NCBI GenBank assembly: GCA_030704615.1
Contig: CM060731.1
Span: 8,246,001 to 8,310,000 of the forward strand
Direction: 5' to 3'
DNA: 64,000 nucleotides
DNA from: Takakia lepidozioides
Taxonomy: Eukaryota; Plantae; Bryophyta
Below are positions 12,521 to 24,878 of this stretch, piece by piece; position 1 is the stretch's first letter, and the number at the start of each line of letters is the position of its first letter. Both the position numbers and the translations under genes were made by a program. The notes below the pieces were generated by a model. The model ran no database searches, was not told where the DNA came from, and was given only the letters and a program-made list of their open reading frames with translations.

Positions 12521-12670
12521 AAGGTACCTTCTTCAACATATTTCACCCTGTTTTCCCTGCTAGTGTGTGCTTTGACAATTATAGGCTGTCATTGTTAGCT
12601 GCTAGCAGCAAGGCGAGGATGTATGCATGATTTGTGCAGAGGCATTGATAGCTGAAGGAGCAGGGATTTC

Positions 12671-12874
12671 GTGTGGGTCCAGATTCATCCAAGAGGGCCA
12701 GATTTCAAGCACAAAATTACCTGTGATTCCCTGTGGATCAATAGCTACAAGAAACCTGCATGGGTAGATGGTCAACTGGCAGCAGCGGCAGTGATAAAAT
12801 CAGGCACTGCTAATGAAGGCATCTTCTTCAACACATTTCACCCTGTTTTTCCCTCTTATCAGAATCGGCCCTAA
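12671..12874 (+). pseudogene. Captured OSB-type PDF-motif exon (organellar ssDNA-binding protein)
   Basis: HPRGPDFKHKITCDSLWINSYKKPAWVDGQL matches the PDFKHK..T..LW..P.WV motif. A PDY variant lies at about 9841-9930. Confidence 0.8.
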
Positions 12875-14198
12875 ATTTTCATGTTCAATTCTGCAAGTTA
12901 GCTGGTTGAGTGAATCTAGTTTGGAGTGACTTTGACATGATACTGCCAATGTGACAACAAGAAAGTGTCAAAAAACAGGTAATAGAGATGAGGAGAAGTT
13001 GTGGAATGAATACTTATCTGAGTTACCATAAACAACACTGGCATTGGTTTTTCATATATGGTATTAGATAATTCTCTATTGTTTTCGCCTTGGCAGGTTG
13101 CTCAGTGACCTTCCCTGGACGCTTTGGAGTATAGCGAGTGAGTATCTCACAATGCAATGTTGGTTGGCGCATCTTATGCAAGAACTTGGAAAAGAAACAG
13201 ATGTCCTTGTTGTAATAATTCTTAAAGACATGCAAGCCTTAGTTTTTGATGGGTTGCAAATTGATGGAATACATAAGTAGTTAGAAGATTATGGGTGAAC
13301 ACTTTTCAAAGTGTTATAGTTAGACAATTAATTCACATGAGAACATGTGACAATTTTATGTATTTTTAGATCGCGACAAAAATGATAATGATAAATATTG
13401 GTAAATAGAGATGGTGTACAATCTCTTGGTTTTGCTCAGCTTGTTGCAGTTATGTCTTGCTGCTTTGTTCTCTTTGTATTATATATTACATTTCATTGTT
13501 GTAATAGACATGTATATGAGTAATATCATAGTCATAATAATGACTACATCTATTTTTACTCTCCAATAGTACTACACCACGTGGCAGAATTACAAATATG
13601 TAAAAAAATAGCAATACACCCAAAAAAACACCCATCATGATACATGTCAATCTGTTGATGGACCACGTGTAAAAACTGCAACGCGCCACGTGTTGCAACC
13701 GGATTAGCACACAGTAGTCATAGTTCGCAGTCATGGAGAGCTAAACACTCTACCACGTGTCATTTCCTGCATCGAGCACGTGCCACTCTTGCACAGCCGC
13801 TGACATGGACTACACTGTCCGTTCAGTCATTCAGTAAAGCCAGCGTGTATGACTACCCCCACAGCTGCTCTGGCGCCACGTGACAGCCAGCCTGGAGAGT
13901 CATATCTGCCATGTCACAACTGACTAGGTCTTTACGTCTGCAGAGTCAGGAAGTCGTAAATGGCTTTCATGACTGCATTTGCAGTCATAACACAGAGACG
14001 TAAAAGCCGCAATTTGTTGTAGTGTATGATGCAATCTATATTTTTGTTTGGTTTTTCACTAGGTTCTATTGTATTTCTATATTGACTGTTGTCTACTGTG
14101 ATTTCCGTTTCAATGTGAATTGACATGAAATTGTTTGCTATCTCCTAGTCTCATCCATGCGTTTTTCACCCTATACCACCCCGATCCTCTGGGATACA

Positions 14199-15399
14199 GG
14201 CCTTCTCCGAAACTCGTCTCGGGGGTTTTTTCAAATCCGACAACCTCCACTGTGCAGTGGAGGTTATCCTGTGTTTGTACAATGACCATGTAAGTCCGTT
14301 TGGGCAGATTCAGGGAGATGCTGCCGATGCCAACTTCTCCTCGGGACCTCCATTAGAATCCTCCATATCAGAAATTCGTCATCAGAGGGAAAACATTCAC
14401 ACTACTGTTGAGATTTCTGTCAACGACGGTAAAGCATCATCCAGGCACTTGGCTTCCCTTCAATTGCACGACCCTCTTCTTCAGTCCATTCCTGAAAAGG
14501 ATGTTCCATCGCAGGATTGTTTAGGATTGAATGTCGAAGGTGGAAGCCAACCTGACAAATGTGCAAGGGATTTCGTGGACCTCATTCTACAATCCTCCTT
14601 ACCCTCCCTTTTAAGCATCAAGGGTCTGAAATCTACCTTGAGAATGATAGCCATTGAGGATGCGGCTGAGGCTGCGGCTCCGCGGCACACTGTTGCCTCT
14701 CTTCCCTCCTTCTCTCCCCAACACGAGGGTTGGACAGCCCAAATCAGAAGGAGTCAGGTAAAATTACTTATATCTGAATTCTAACTCGTCCTTTTGTTTT
14801 CCTTAGTACTGGGTCTGATGTTCTTGCTTTACTCCAGGCCAGAAAATCTGCGGATTATGACCTTCCTGTCAAACGACGTCTTCATTGGAAATCTGTTCCG
14901 AGGTAATCCCTTCGTTACGTGTGAATTCCATTCAGGATGTTAGTGCTCAAGGGACAATTTCCATTTTGTTCCCCTTCTCCGCAACCCTTTGGACGAGGAC
15001 AATGACAAAACAATTGCAACTTCTCGGCTTCCCGACCCTGCAGTGTTGGCGCAATGTTCTACACCAAGGAAGCGGAATAGAGCCCCCAAACCATTTCCAT
15101 CTCTTCTACAAATCGGTTCCGCCAGAGAGAAGTCTGTCTTCAGAGACAGAGCAGACTCGAGGAAGAAAATGAATACCTCGGACATACCGGGGTCTCGTCA
15201 AAACACGTCCGTTGGGATCCCAAGTCCGCCAGCGAAACTTTCCAATAAGGCGACATCGGTATTATTCGATATCATTTCTCCAATTTCTTCTCTTTTCTGT
15301 TCGTTTGGTTTTACACTAATTAACTCCATCTTTTCTCAACAGGTGGGGATGCAGCACGATACCTTCATCAATTTCCCTCCGTACAAGGTACTTTCTTGA
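14199..15399 (+). pseudogene. Unidentified decayed coding-like exons of the basal block
   Basis: Same-strand ORFs 14257-14784 and 14989-15399 with plausible splice sites (AG at 14199, GT at 14758). No recognisable motif. Confidence 0.25.
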
Positions 15400-16458
15400 A
15401 CCTCCACTTGGAAGTCGACGTTCCTCATCTTAACAATATTAACCCTCCTCTTGAAACATTCCAAGCCCACAACATGTACAGGATTTGACCATTTTTTGCA
15501 CAATCGTGTTGATCTTCCATACACTCAATCATTATGGGTCACTACAACAGATTGCGGCTTTTACGACTCCCATGGGTGCGCAGTCATGACAGATTTGTGG
15601 CATAAATGCCATTTGCAGTCGTAAAATGCTTTTGAAGTCATAATGCAGGTCTGGGGAAGGCGTATATGCGACTGCATGGCTCCGGACTCTGCGGAACACA
15701 GGTCAAACATGTTTGACCACGAATATTGGCATGGCAGATATGACTACCAGTCACGGTCATGGCTACACTAGAATGACGTGTGTATATTGCTAGAAAGACA
15801 TATGACTTCATGACTCTCACTCTAATGCATTCTGCCAGATCATCACATGGATGAATCACTACATGACTGCACATGTCAACACATGCTTTTCTGGTTATAT
15901 ATATAATATATGAGTATTTATATTTTGAAAAAACGGAGACTCTGACCACTAGAATCAATTTTTTTAAAAAAACAAAATTCAATTTAAAAAAAAAAAAAAA
16001 CACATCGGCTAGTAAGTGCACAGTGTGTCGCCCTGGTGGTTTGGGGTTCAAACCCGCTGCCTTATCCCGTGTGTGGGATTGTTCGTGACAGTATGTCTGG
16101 GCGTTGATCGTCCTGTACGTCTTATGGCCCATAAATGAAGGTGGGTGAATTTTCCCCCCTCCTCAAGGACCTGTGGTTTCCTTTAAGAAAAAAAAAAAAG
16201 AAAAAAAATCAAAGAGGGGCTTTTAGGGTTTACAAAAAGGTTAAAAAACTTAAAAAGTTGCCCATCACGGTAGCGTGAACAGACTTAGAGCGAGCGGGAG
16301 GGAGAGAGAGAGAGGGTTGGGACTTAGAGCGAGCGAGCGGGAGAGAGGACAAACATGCATGGGAGGCCCGCAGTTGGATCAACCTTCGCATTTGGAGCAA
16401 GCAACCCTAGAAACGCTACGGTATGTGTGCGAGGAGGTTTCGGCTGGGAGCCCGCCGT

Positions 16459-17700
16459 TCTTGGGAGAGTCAGCTTCGTCTTAGCAGGCCGTGTTTCAAT
16501 CTCTACCCGCTCGGCCCTGATTTTACAGCACGGAGCAGAGCTGGCATGAGTTTCTAAAAGATCCTTCACGATGGTGGGACAACCGCAATCGCAAGGTGTG
16601 GCTTTTTCTTAATGTACGATGGGAAGAAGTTTGTCCATCCTGCAAATGTGGGTTGTTGGCTCCTGTTAGTACCATGATTTGGTATTCTTCCTGATGTTTA
16701 CAAGGTTCTTGGGAGAGTTAGTTTGGTCTTAGTAGGCCGTGTTTCAATCTCTGCCCACTCAGCTACACCGTGGTGGTTCTCACTGACCAATCCGACATTA
16801 CCTGACTACAGAAACAAGCGGCACACTGAAGAGGTCCTCTTGGGTTCATGGTCAGTCAAATCCTCCATGGGCCATGACACAAGGTCGAGGACAATGTGGT
16901 GAGGGCACCTTCTTCTTCGACCTATTTCAGCCTGTTTTGCCCTCTCATCAGACTCGGCCCTTCATTTGCAGCACGGAGCAGAGTTGGCATGAGATTTTTA
17001 AAGATCCTTCACGATGGTGCGACAACCGCAATGGCAAGGTGTGGCTTTTCCTTAATGTACGATGTGAAGAAGTTTGTCCATCCTGCAAATGTGGGCTGTT
17101 GGCTCCTGTTAGTACCATGATTTGGTATTCTTCCTGATGTTTCAAGGTTATTGGGAGAGTCAGCTTGGTCTTAGCAGGCCGTGTTTCAATCTCTGCCTGC
17201 TCATCTGCACCGTGCTGGTTCTCACAGACCAATCCGACATTACCTGACTACAAGACACAAGCAGCACACACAGAGCTCCTTTTGGGTTGATGGTCGGTCA
17301 AATCCTCTATGGGTTCTTCTTCGACCTATTTCAGCCTGTTTTTGCCCTCTCATCAGACTCGGCCTTGAGATGCATATTGAATTATGTAAGTTAGCTCGTT
17401 GCTCATTGATAAGTAGGGTTAGGGGTGTTTGCTGGAATGATTGTTGTATGCATGATTTTGTGCAGAGGCATAGATAGCTGAAGGAGCAGGGATAGAGTGT
17501 GGAAGAGGGCCAGATTTCAAGCTCCAGATTATCTATGATTCCCTGTGGAAGGATAGATACAAGAAACCTGCATGGGTAGATGGTCAATTGGAAGCCGCAG
17601 CAGCAGCAGCACAATTGATACAATCAAGCACTGCTAATGAAGGCACCTTCTGAAACACATTTCACCCTATTTTCCCCTCTTATCAGAATCGGCCCTAAAT
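16459..17700 (+). pseudogene. Tandemly reiterated OSB PDF-motif gene fragments
   Basis: TEQSWHEFLKDPSRWWDNRNRK exon twice (about 16529 and 16971). TNPTLPDYRHK...WVDGRSNPLWV exon twice. PDFK exon at about 17505. Confidence 0.75.
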
Positions 17701-17779
17701 TTTCATGTTCAATTCTGCAAGTTAGCTGGTTGAGTGAATCTAGTTGGAGTGACTTTGACATGATACTGCCAATGTGACA

Positions 17780-18840
17780 AGAGTATGCATTGAACCCATT
17801 GGTAGCGGGATATTGGGATATCTCTTGGCCATGTGCCATCGTCAAAGCTGAAACTGTACTAGTTGTCATTCTGACCACTGCCCTAGTGGACATGTATGCC
17901 AAATGTGGGTGCAGCAAGCCTGATGCAAAGGGAGAGTTCGACAACATGGCTAAATGAGATGTGGTGTTGTGGACTGCCATGATTGTAAGGTGTGTGTAGC
18001 ATAGGTGTGGGAGTAAGGCTTTGGAAACCTAAGAACAAATGATGTGGGAAAGGATGAAGCCAAACCAGGTCATGTTCATTTGTGTTTGTTAATATGCATA
18101 TGCGAGCCTAGCAGCCCTGGGAAGGGGCCAAGAGGTTCATGGTGACATCATCAAAGCTGGAATTGTACCTGATGTCATTCTGAACATTCCCCTGGTGTAC
18201 ATGTATGTCAAATGCGAGCCTGGTAGCCCTGGAAAGGACGCAAAGGTCCATTATCAAATCTGGAATTGTACCACTAGATGTCACTCTAAACACTGCCTTG
18301 GTGGATATGTATGTCAAATGCACGCCTGGCAGCCCTGAAAAAGGGTACAGAGGTCCACGGTGATATTGTCAAAGCTGGTATTGTATTTGATGTGATTCTG
18401 AACGTTGCCGTAGTGGACATGTATGCCAAGGTTGCAGGGTGCAACTACAAGGATACATGGTTGTTTTGATAATATGGCTGAATGAGATGTGGTACCAGCC
18501 TAGCCCATAATTGCACTTACCTAGAGTAGGCAATGAGTGAAGACGGGGTTTGTGATGTTGATCGTCCAAGCTGGAATTAAACAAATGTTGTTCTGAACTA
18601 TGCCCTTGTGGACTTGTATGCCAAATTGGGGTGCATGGAGGATGATGATCCCAGGATATGCACAACAACGGCACGGGATGGAGGCCCTTTGGAGAGGTCT
18701 ATGAGCAAGTGGTGTGGGAAGGGATACTGCAGCGCAACCACATCGCGTTTGTTACATTTGCAACATGTGTGCAAGCCTGGCAGCCCTGCAAAATAGCAAA
18801 GAGGTTCGTGGTGGAATTGTACTAGATGTCGATCTGAACT
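17780..18840 (+). pseudogene. Scrambled PLS-PPR fragments
   Basis: Repeated ALVDMYAKC, DVVLWTAMI, GMKPNQVMF and VHGDIIKAGIVPDV-type motifs with stops and frameshifts. Confidence 0.85.
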
Positions 18841-19059
18841 TTGACATGATGCCAATGTGACAACAGGAAAGTATCCAGAAACAGGTCACAGAGACGAGGA
18901 GAAGTTGTGGAATGGTGGGACAACCGAGGGAAAAAGGTTAATGCCTGTTAGATTATAGAGGGCAGACACAATTCAACATAGGAACTAGTGTGATAAGCTG
19001 AGTTGGGTGTTTCCTAGAACAAATGTAGGCTGTCATTATCAGCTGCAAGGCAAGGAAGT

Positions 19060-19830
19060 ATGCATGATTTGTGCAGAAGCAGTGATAGCTGAAAGAGCAG
19101 GGATAGAGTATGGGTCCAGATTCATCCAAGAGGGCCAGATTTCAAGCACATGATTACCTATGATTACCTGTGGATTTAGCTATAAGAAACCTGCATGGGT
19201 AGATGGTGAACTGGAAGCCGCAGGAGTAGCGGCACAATTGATAAAATCAAGCACTGCTAATAAAGGCACCTTCTTCAACACATTTCACCCTGTTTTTCCC
19301 TCTTATCAGAACCGGCCCTAAATTTCAATGTCTGCAAGTTAGCTGGTTGAGTGAATCTAGTTTGGAGTGACTTTGACATGATATTGCCAATGTGACAACA
19401 GGAAAGTATCGAAAAACAGTTAACGGAGATGAGGGGAAGCTGTGGAATGAATACTTTTCTGACCCCAGTCAATGGTGGGACAACCGAGGCAGAAAGGTAA
19501 ATGCCTGTTGGATTACAGAGAGTAACAGATGCAATTGAGAATAGGAACTTGTGTGGTAAGTTGAGTTGGGTGTTTGCTGGAACAAATGTAGGCTCTCATT
19601 GTCAGCTGCTAACAGCAATGCAAGGATATATGCATGATCTATGCAGAGGCATGGATAGCTGAAGGAGCAGGGATAGAGTGTAGGTCCAGATCATCCAAGA
19701 AAGCCGGATTTCAAGCTCCAGATTACTGATGATTCCCTGTGGAAGGATACAAGAAACCTGCGTGGGTAGATGGTCATGGGTAGATGGTAGATAGTTTGGA
19801 GTGACTTTGATATGATACTGCCAAAGTGAC
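19060..19830 (+). pseudogene. Further copies of the OSB PDF exon and its 3' flank
   Basis: gattcatccaagagggccagatttcaagcac (HPRGPDFKH) at about 19119 and a decayed copy at about 19690. The flanks match 12620-13020. Confidence 0.75.
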
Positions 19831-20539
19831 AATAAAAAAGGTAACAGTAGCAGATGCAATTCAGCACAGGCACTAAGGCAAACTCTCTTTCCCCGTAAGG
19901 GTGTGTTTTGGTATCTGAGCGAATAAATATTTTATCTAAGAATATAATTTCAAAAATTCGTTATTTAATAATGTGCCACTGTCCCATGTTGGTCACTAAT
20001 AATAATTATGATAACAAATAGTTATAATAATTATTTTAGTAATTATAATAACAATAAAGTAAATCTACAACCCCCAACAGCGACGCGTGTCAATTGACAT
20101 GAGGAACCACGTGTCAAAATCACGATGCGACACATGCTGACGTCTGATTCCCTCCTCTGCAGTCGGATGGCGTCGCAGTCTGACACGTGGCGTGTTCTGT
20201 AGAGAGCACGTGTCTCTATTACACAGCGGCTGACATGGACCCGTTCAGTCATTCAGTAATGCCAGCGTGTATGACTACCCCCACAGCTGCTCTGGCGCCA
20301 CGTGACAGCCAGCCTGGAGAGTCATATCTGCCATGTCACAACTGACTAGGTCTTTACGTCTGCAGAGTCAGGAAGTCGTAAATGGCTTCCATGACTGCAT
20401 TTGCAGTCATAACACAGAGACGTAAAAGCCGCAATTTGTTGTAGTGGGTTATGGGTATTTTTATGGAAAAAACACTAATGTCAGTGTGTGATTAACTTGC
20501 TCAGGATAACTTTGTTTCTCATCCTTTACATGCAACAGC

Positions 20540-20604
20540 GGGGAAGAGGAAACCGATGTTGTTAATTTTGAGTGTCAACGGACTCCTCTGCTACCGGCCA
20601 CCCC
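20540..20604 (+). pseudogene. FCP1/NIF-like HAD domain, copy 3, N-terminal piece (continues at 51914)
   Basis: KRKPMLLILSVNGLLCYRP is a motif-I-like strand. It is cut by element A at TSD ACCCC. Confidence 0.7.
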
Positions 20605-21225
20605 TGTCGTGGCCCTTCGCCTTGAGGGCAGGGGGTCGGGACACAAGAGGGGCTGCCCCTGTGGTGGGGGTAGTGGCAACAATAGATACGGGGGCTGAAG
20701 CACCCTTGAGTGCCCAAAGCACCAAGGAGGCGGAGGCGCTCACTAGGTGGAGCCCCGCACACCGGGTTGCGGTGGGGGTGGTTCCACGAGGGGTGGTGGT
20801 AGCTTAGTGGGACTTAGTGGGGGTGGCATAGGACTCGCCATGGGGGCGGAGACCTTGTGGTGGAAGTCGTGGGGAGTCTTGGGACTCATCACGGTCCAAT
20901 GGGGCCGTGGTGGGTGGGCCAAGATTCACCGCGACTCATCACCGAGAATTGAGGGTTTTCGTGGTGGTTCGCCATAAAATGACATGGTTGTTTGTGAAAC
21001 CCCCGCGGACAGTCACAGAAGTATATATAGGGAGTAGTAACCCCGAGAACGGTGCAAGCCCATTGGTGACCAAAAACTAGTGAGTAAGCATGCGAGCCGG
21101 AAAGCGACCAAGGTGTGGGGAGCTGTTCCGGACTACCATCGATCAAAGGGAATTTCCACTTGGCCCAAATTGAGAAAGAGTCAAGTGGAGGAGTAAAGGG
21201 GGACCGTTATGTCCCAGTGAGCAGC
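20605..21225 (+). repeat. Element A 5' LTR, part 1
   Basis: Aligns with 51183-51804. Interrupted after GCAGC by element B. Confidence 0.95.
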
Positions 21226-24200
21226 TATAGATGCATATATTGGTACATATTTATTTTCAGATCGTTTTTGATCTTAAGGGAGACAGTTTAGACATTGTAC
21301 TGCCAAAGCAAGGCAGTTTGTGAGTTATCTGGGAATCGCTGGTAAAGCACGTAGGAATTTAGATGATGTCTAAGACGACCATGGAGGAGCTCTGCCGTCA
21401 AAATGACCGTAGGGAGCTGCATCGACAGCGAGTTAGGTTGCCAATTCGGTACCAATAACGACAACATGCACCTGTTCGAAACAATACATGGCGACTGTTC
21501 CACTCCCGGATTGCGATCTCTCTATTCTCCCGCCTTTCAAGTCCAGTAGGAGCACGCGGCGAGGAGTCTTGGCAATTGGAGGAAACAATCTGTACAGCGA
21601 TGAAATATCGCGACAAAGCAAGTGCTCTATCCGAGCAAACGACGGGTAAAGGAGCTTCCAGGCGAAGTTTTGAACTCCTCAGCGATGAAAAGTGTGTAGG
21701 AGGAAACTCCAGATGATCTGTCACCCAGTGGCAGGGCCAAAAACCCCCTGGGGGCACCACCAGTATTTTTACTGCCAGGAAGCGGCAGACTGCCTGTATG
21801 GCGAAACCATGGAAACCAACCAAAGGTATAGCTTTTCTTCCCCGATTCCCTTGAGATTTTGTGGGCAGCTACAAGTCATCTAATTATAATTTGTCACCAA
21901 GTTTAAGGATTTTTGGAGGTGATGAGAGACAGCACCAAATTATCACGCCGGAGGCAGTTGCGAAAGGCGATTAAATGGAATTCTAGTTCATCCAATGGAT
22001 GAAATCTGGAAATTCGACCTGCAAACTGGAGGGATGAAAAGACAACCTAGTGCCAACTGGTCATCTATTGGATGGATGAAAAACCAGATTTATCATTAAC
22101 ACCAAGGTTTTCCATCCGTGGTTATTATTCTATGGTGTTCTATCGTTTTTAAATTACAGATTCATGTAGGAAATAATAGTTTAAGACTATCTTTCACTAG
22201 TTTAAGAGGCCCCAAAAACACAATAAAAGAAGAGCAGGCTCCTCTTGTTCTTCAATCTAGTCTCATTTCCTTGTTTTGGCCTCTTGCTTGTGTAGTTAGT
22301 TTTGAGCTTGTGGCTCTCTAATATTAGAAGCAAGCATATTGAGAGCAGGATAGTCCTAGCTCAAGGCCTTGTGGCAATTTGAGGCAAGAAGTAGAGGAAG
22401 CGCTCCATGAAGTGGGAGACTTGAGGACGAGTAGGAGTGCCGGAGGAGGACCAAGCTTGAGTACCATTCTACCGAGCGATTTAGTGCATCCCAAGCACCA
22501 CTTGTTTCAGAGGGTGACTTACCATACATTCTTGACCTTTGAATTCATTCATTTCATTTGTTGTTCAAGCTTTGTCCAAAGAAAGGACCTTATAAACATT
22601 GTTTGCTAAAAAACTAACCCTCTTTCAAGAGGATGTGTGTGCATCTCTATGTACATGTGTGAAGAGCACAGGTGTGAAGCCCCAGGAAACAGGGCCTTAG
22701 GAATCTAACCCAATTACGTCATGGAGTGAGGGTAGATTTCCATTATTATGTTTGGAGAGAGGGTGGGCTTGCATAAAGTGGCGAAGCTCTTGTCAAATTT
22801 CCCTTTCTAGCTTAGTGATGACGGCCATATTGCATGAGACGGCGAAGCTACAGCCAAAATTTCTATATTATTAAGATCATATCTATGATTCATAAGCCCC
22901 CTGGCCATAGAGGACCATGGGAGGCGTTGCTAACTAAGCGGTTAAGCTATTTTGTAGAGGGCCGCCAAAAAGGGCAGATCCCAGCACTTAAGTGCTGGCG
23001 CCTTAGGCACCTTTGGGTTGGAGGTCAACCAAGGAGGTTGCCTAGAATTGCCATGGAGTGGCGCCTCTAACGCGGGTGGCGCGGCCTGCCCCCGTGGGAA
23101 GAGTTGACCCCTGGAGCAAAGTACGCTCACTGGGGTACTGCGTGGCAGCACCAGGCGCCATAGCTGAGCCTGCGCAGGTACGACACGAGCGGTAGAGACG
23201 ACGGAGCCTGCCTATTACCCACTGGACCCGCACCGGCGACAGGCCAGCCACGCCGTGCCACGTAGCGCTGGCCGCGGGGTATCTGTCTTAATCACTGGAT
23301 AATTCGATGGACCCCGCCAGGGACTTTAAGGCAGGTTTTTTTCTCCGTATGCCTTTGATTTCTTGTGCATTATTCATAGTATTCTTCTTGCATGAGAATA
23401 AGGGCGTGTTTTAGCCAAGAATAAGAGATGGCTAGAACCATTGGATAGGCCCCGGCAAGGCCATCAGTTTGATATGTATTCCGAGGTTTGTGAAAGCACG
23501 GCTCACGGGTATATGCCACAGGCAGAGAGGGAGAGCCCAGAGACAGGGAGGAGAGAATCCATTTGGGGTTTCACAAGGTAGAAGATGACATGTTTCAACT
23601 TCGTTCTAGGCTGGTTGCCTGCCAGGGTGGCGAACAGATGAGAAATTGTTGGGCGACACATTTCATTCATCCTGGCCCGGTGATGGTTTAAGTTGCTAAT
23701 ACGCTCTTGAGTGGTTTGGTGTAGGAATTTAGGGGCGCTCCCAAGTGGAGAGCGGTTCCCCAACGCTCCCGGCATAAAAGGGCGTTCCCAGGGCGTTCCC
23801 CTGGTATCTTGAGGGTAATTTAGTTAGCTCCAGCATCATGCGATGATTCTCTATTTCTACAAATTTCATGCATTTGTAGGAATATTTTAATGATTTGTCT
23901 TTATTATTTAGCAGGGAAATTCACCTTTATTAAGGGATTTTATCCGGACCCCCTTAACTTCGAAACGTAAGTTTAAAGGGCAGTATTGCCCCCTTCCGCC
24001 GAGGTTACTTGAAGTCAAGTACCCGGCCGCTGGGGGGGGCTTGGGCCAAGGAACGGCCTTTGTTATTAGACCTCGGGAATTACTTAGAGGTTTAATTATT
24101 ATCATTCACCCGATGGACTGACCATTGAGGTGACATTTTGGGATCGCTCTAAGCAGGAGAGACTGACTTGGGAAAGCGGATCCGGTCCCTTCCTAGGAGG

Positions 24201-24633
24201 TAAGACACTCATCCACCTCGGGGTTTAGGGGGGGGGCATTGGGCGGGAGATAGATGATCCCCGCCTCTCTAGGCTCGGGATTCGTTTTGTGAAGGGATTT
24301 GAAGGTTTGTCCCAGTTATAAGCGTGTTGGGAGTCCAGGCATGTAGGAAGTAGTAATAAACAAAGACTTGGAAGACAATTACGATTTAAGACATAGAAAA
24401 CCCATAAACAAAACGTAGGACTAGGAAACGCAAATCGTCCTGTGAAGTAGAGTTGTTAAGCTTTGCTTTGCCGGTAGGAATTAGACTATCTAGATCCGTT
24501 CATAACTGCCACGGATCCTTGCACTTACCACAGCCGGGTAGGCGGTTCGTTGAGCCCAACCTACACCGCAACTTGCCACGACCCCCTAGGCTAGTATGTC
24601 GTCACCCTGGCCACGTGCGACCAGGGCTCGTCA
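21226..24633 (+). repeat. Element B 5' LTR
   Basis: Starts TATAGATGCAT (TG mutated to TA) and ends GGGCTCGTCA. Colinear with the sequence from 33382 onward. Confidence 0.95.
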
Positions 24634-24638
24634 TATTT

Positions 24639-24653
24639 TGGTGCGTCTGCCGG
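24639..24653 (+). promoter_or_regulatory. Primer-binding site complementary to the tRNA-Gly(UCC) 3' end
   Basis: TGGTGCGTCTGCCGG lies 5 nt after the LTR. Plant tRNA-Gly(UCC) ends ...CCCGGCAGACGCA-CCA (recalled, not searched). Confidence 0.8.
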
Positions 24654-24878
24654 AAGGTAGGTAAAAGTCAGGGCCTTTAAAAGTACTTATGGATGAAGTA
24701 ATGATATTTGTCCTTGTGCTAGTTCTTCTTACTTTTTGTTTTATTGCTTATTCATGAAGTTGCTTCATTACGTGGAGGTCGAGGAACCCCAAGATCATAT
24801 TGATTAGAATCTCTTGCATGAGAATTTTGAGACAAGTCACTGTAAGGACTAACTTTATGGCAATCCTGGAGGTGCAGC

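Larger units (their letters stand above)
8832..14024. mobile_element. Non-autonomous CACTA (Pack-CACTA) element, copy 1
   Basis: About 26-bp TIRs CACTACAACAGATTGCGGCTTTTA / TAAAAGCCGCAATTTGTTGTAGTG. 3-bp TSD TAT at 8829-8831 and 14025-14027. Subterminal ATGACT/AGTCAT repeats. No transposase seen. Confidence 0.95.
15540..20446. mobile_element. Non-autonomous CACTA (Pack-CACTA) element, copy 2
   Basis: Same TIRs as copy 1. TSD GGT at 15537-15539 and 20447-20449. The first about 1 kb and last about 0.3 kb are highly similar to copy 1, and the interior differs. Confidence 0.95.

Noticed and set aside
23610-23630. Precise intron loss in B's 5' LTR relative to the other LTRs
   Set aside because: The roughly 90-bp deletion leaves 4 nt (GCAG) of the putative intron, so an ordinary deletion explains it better.
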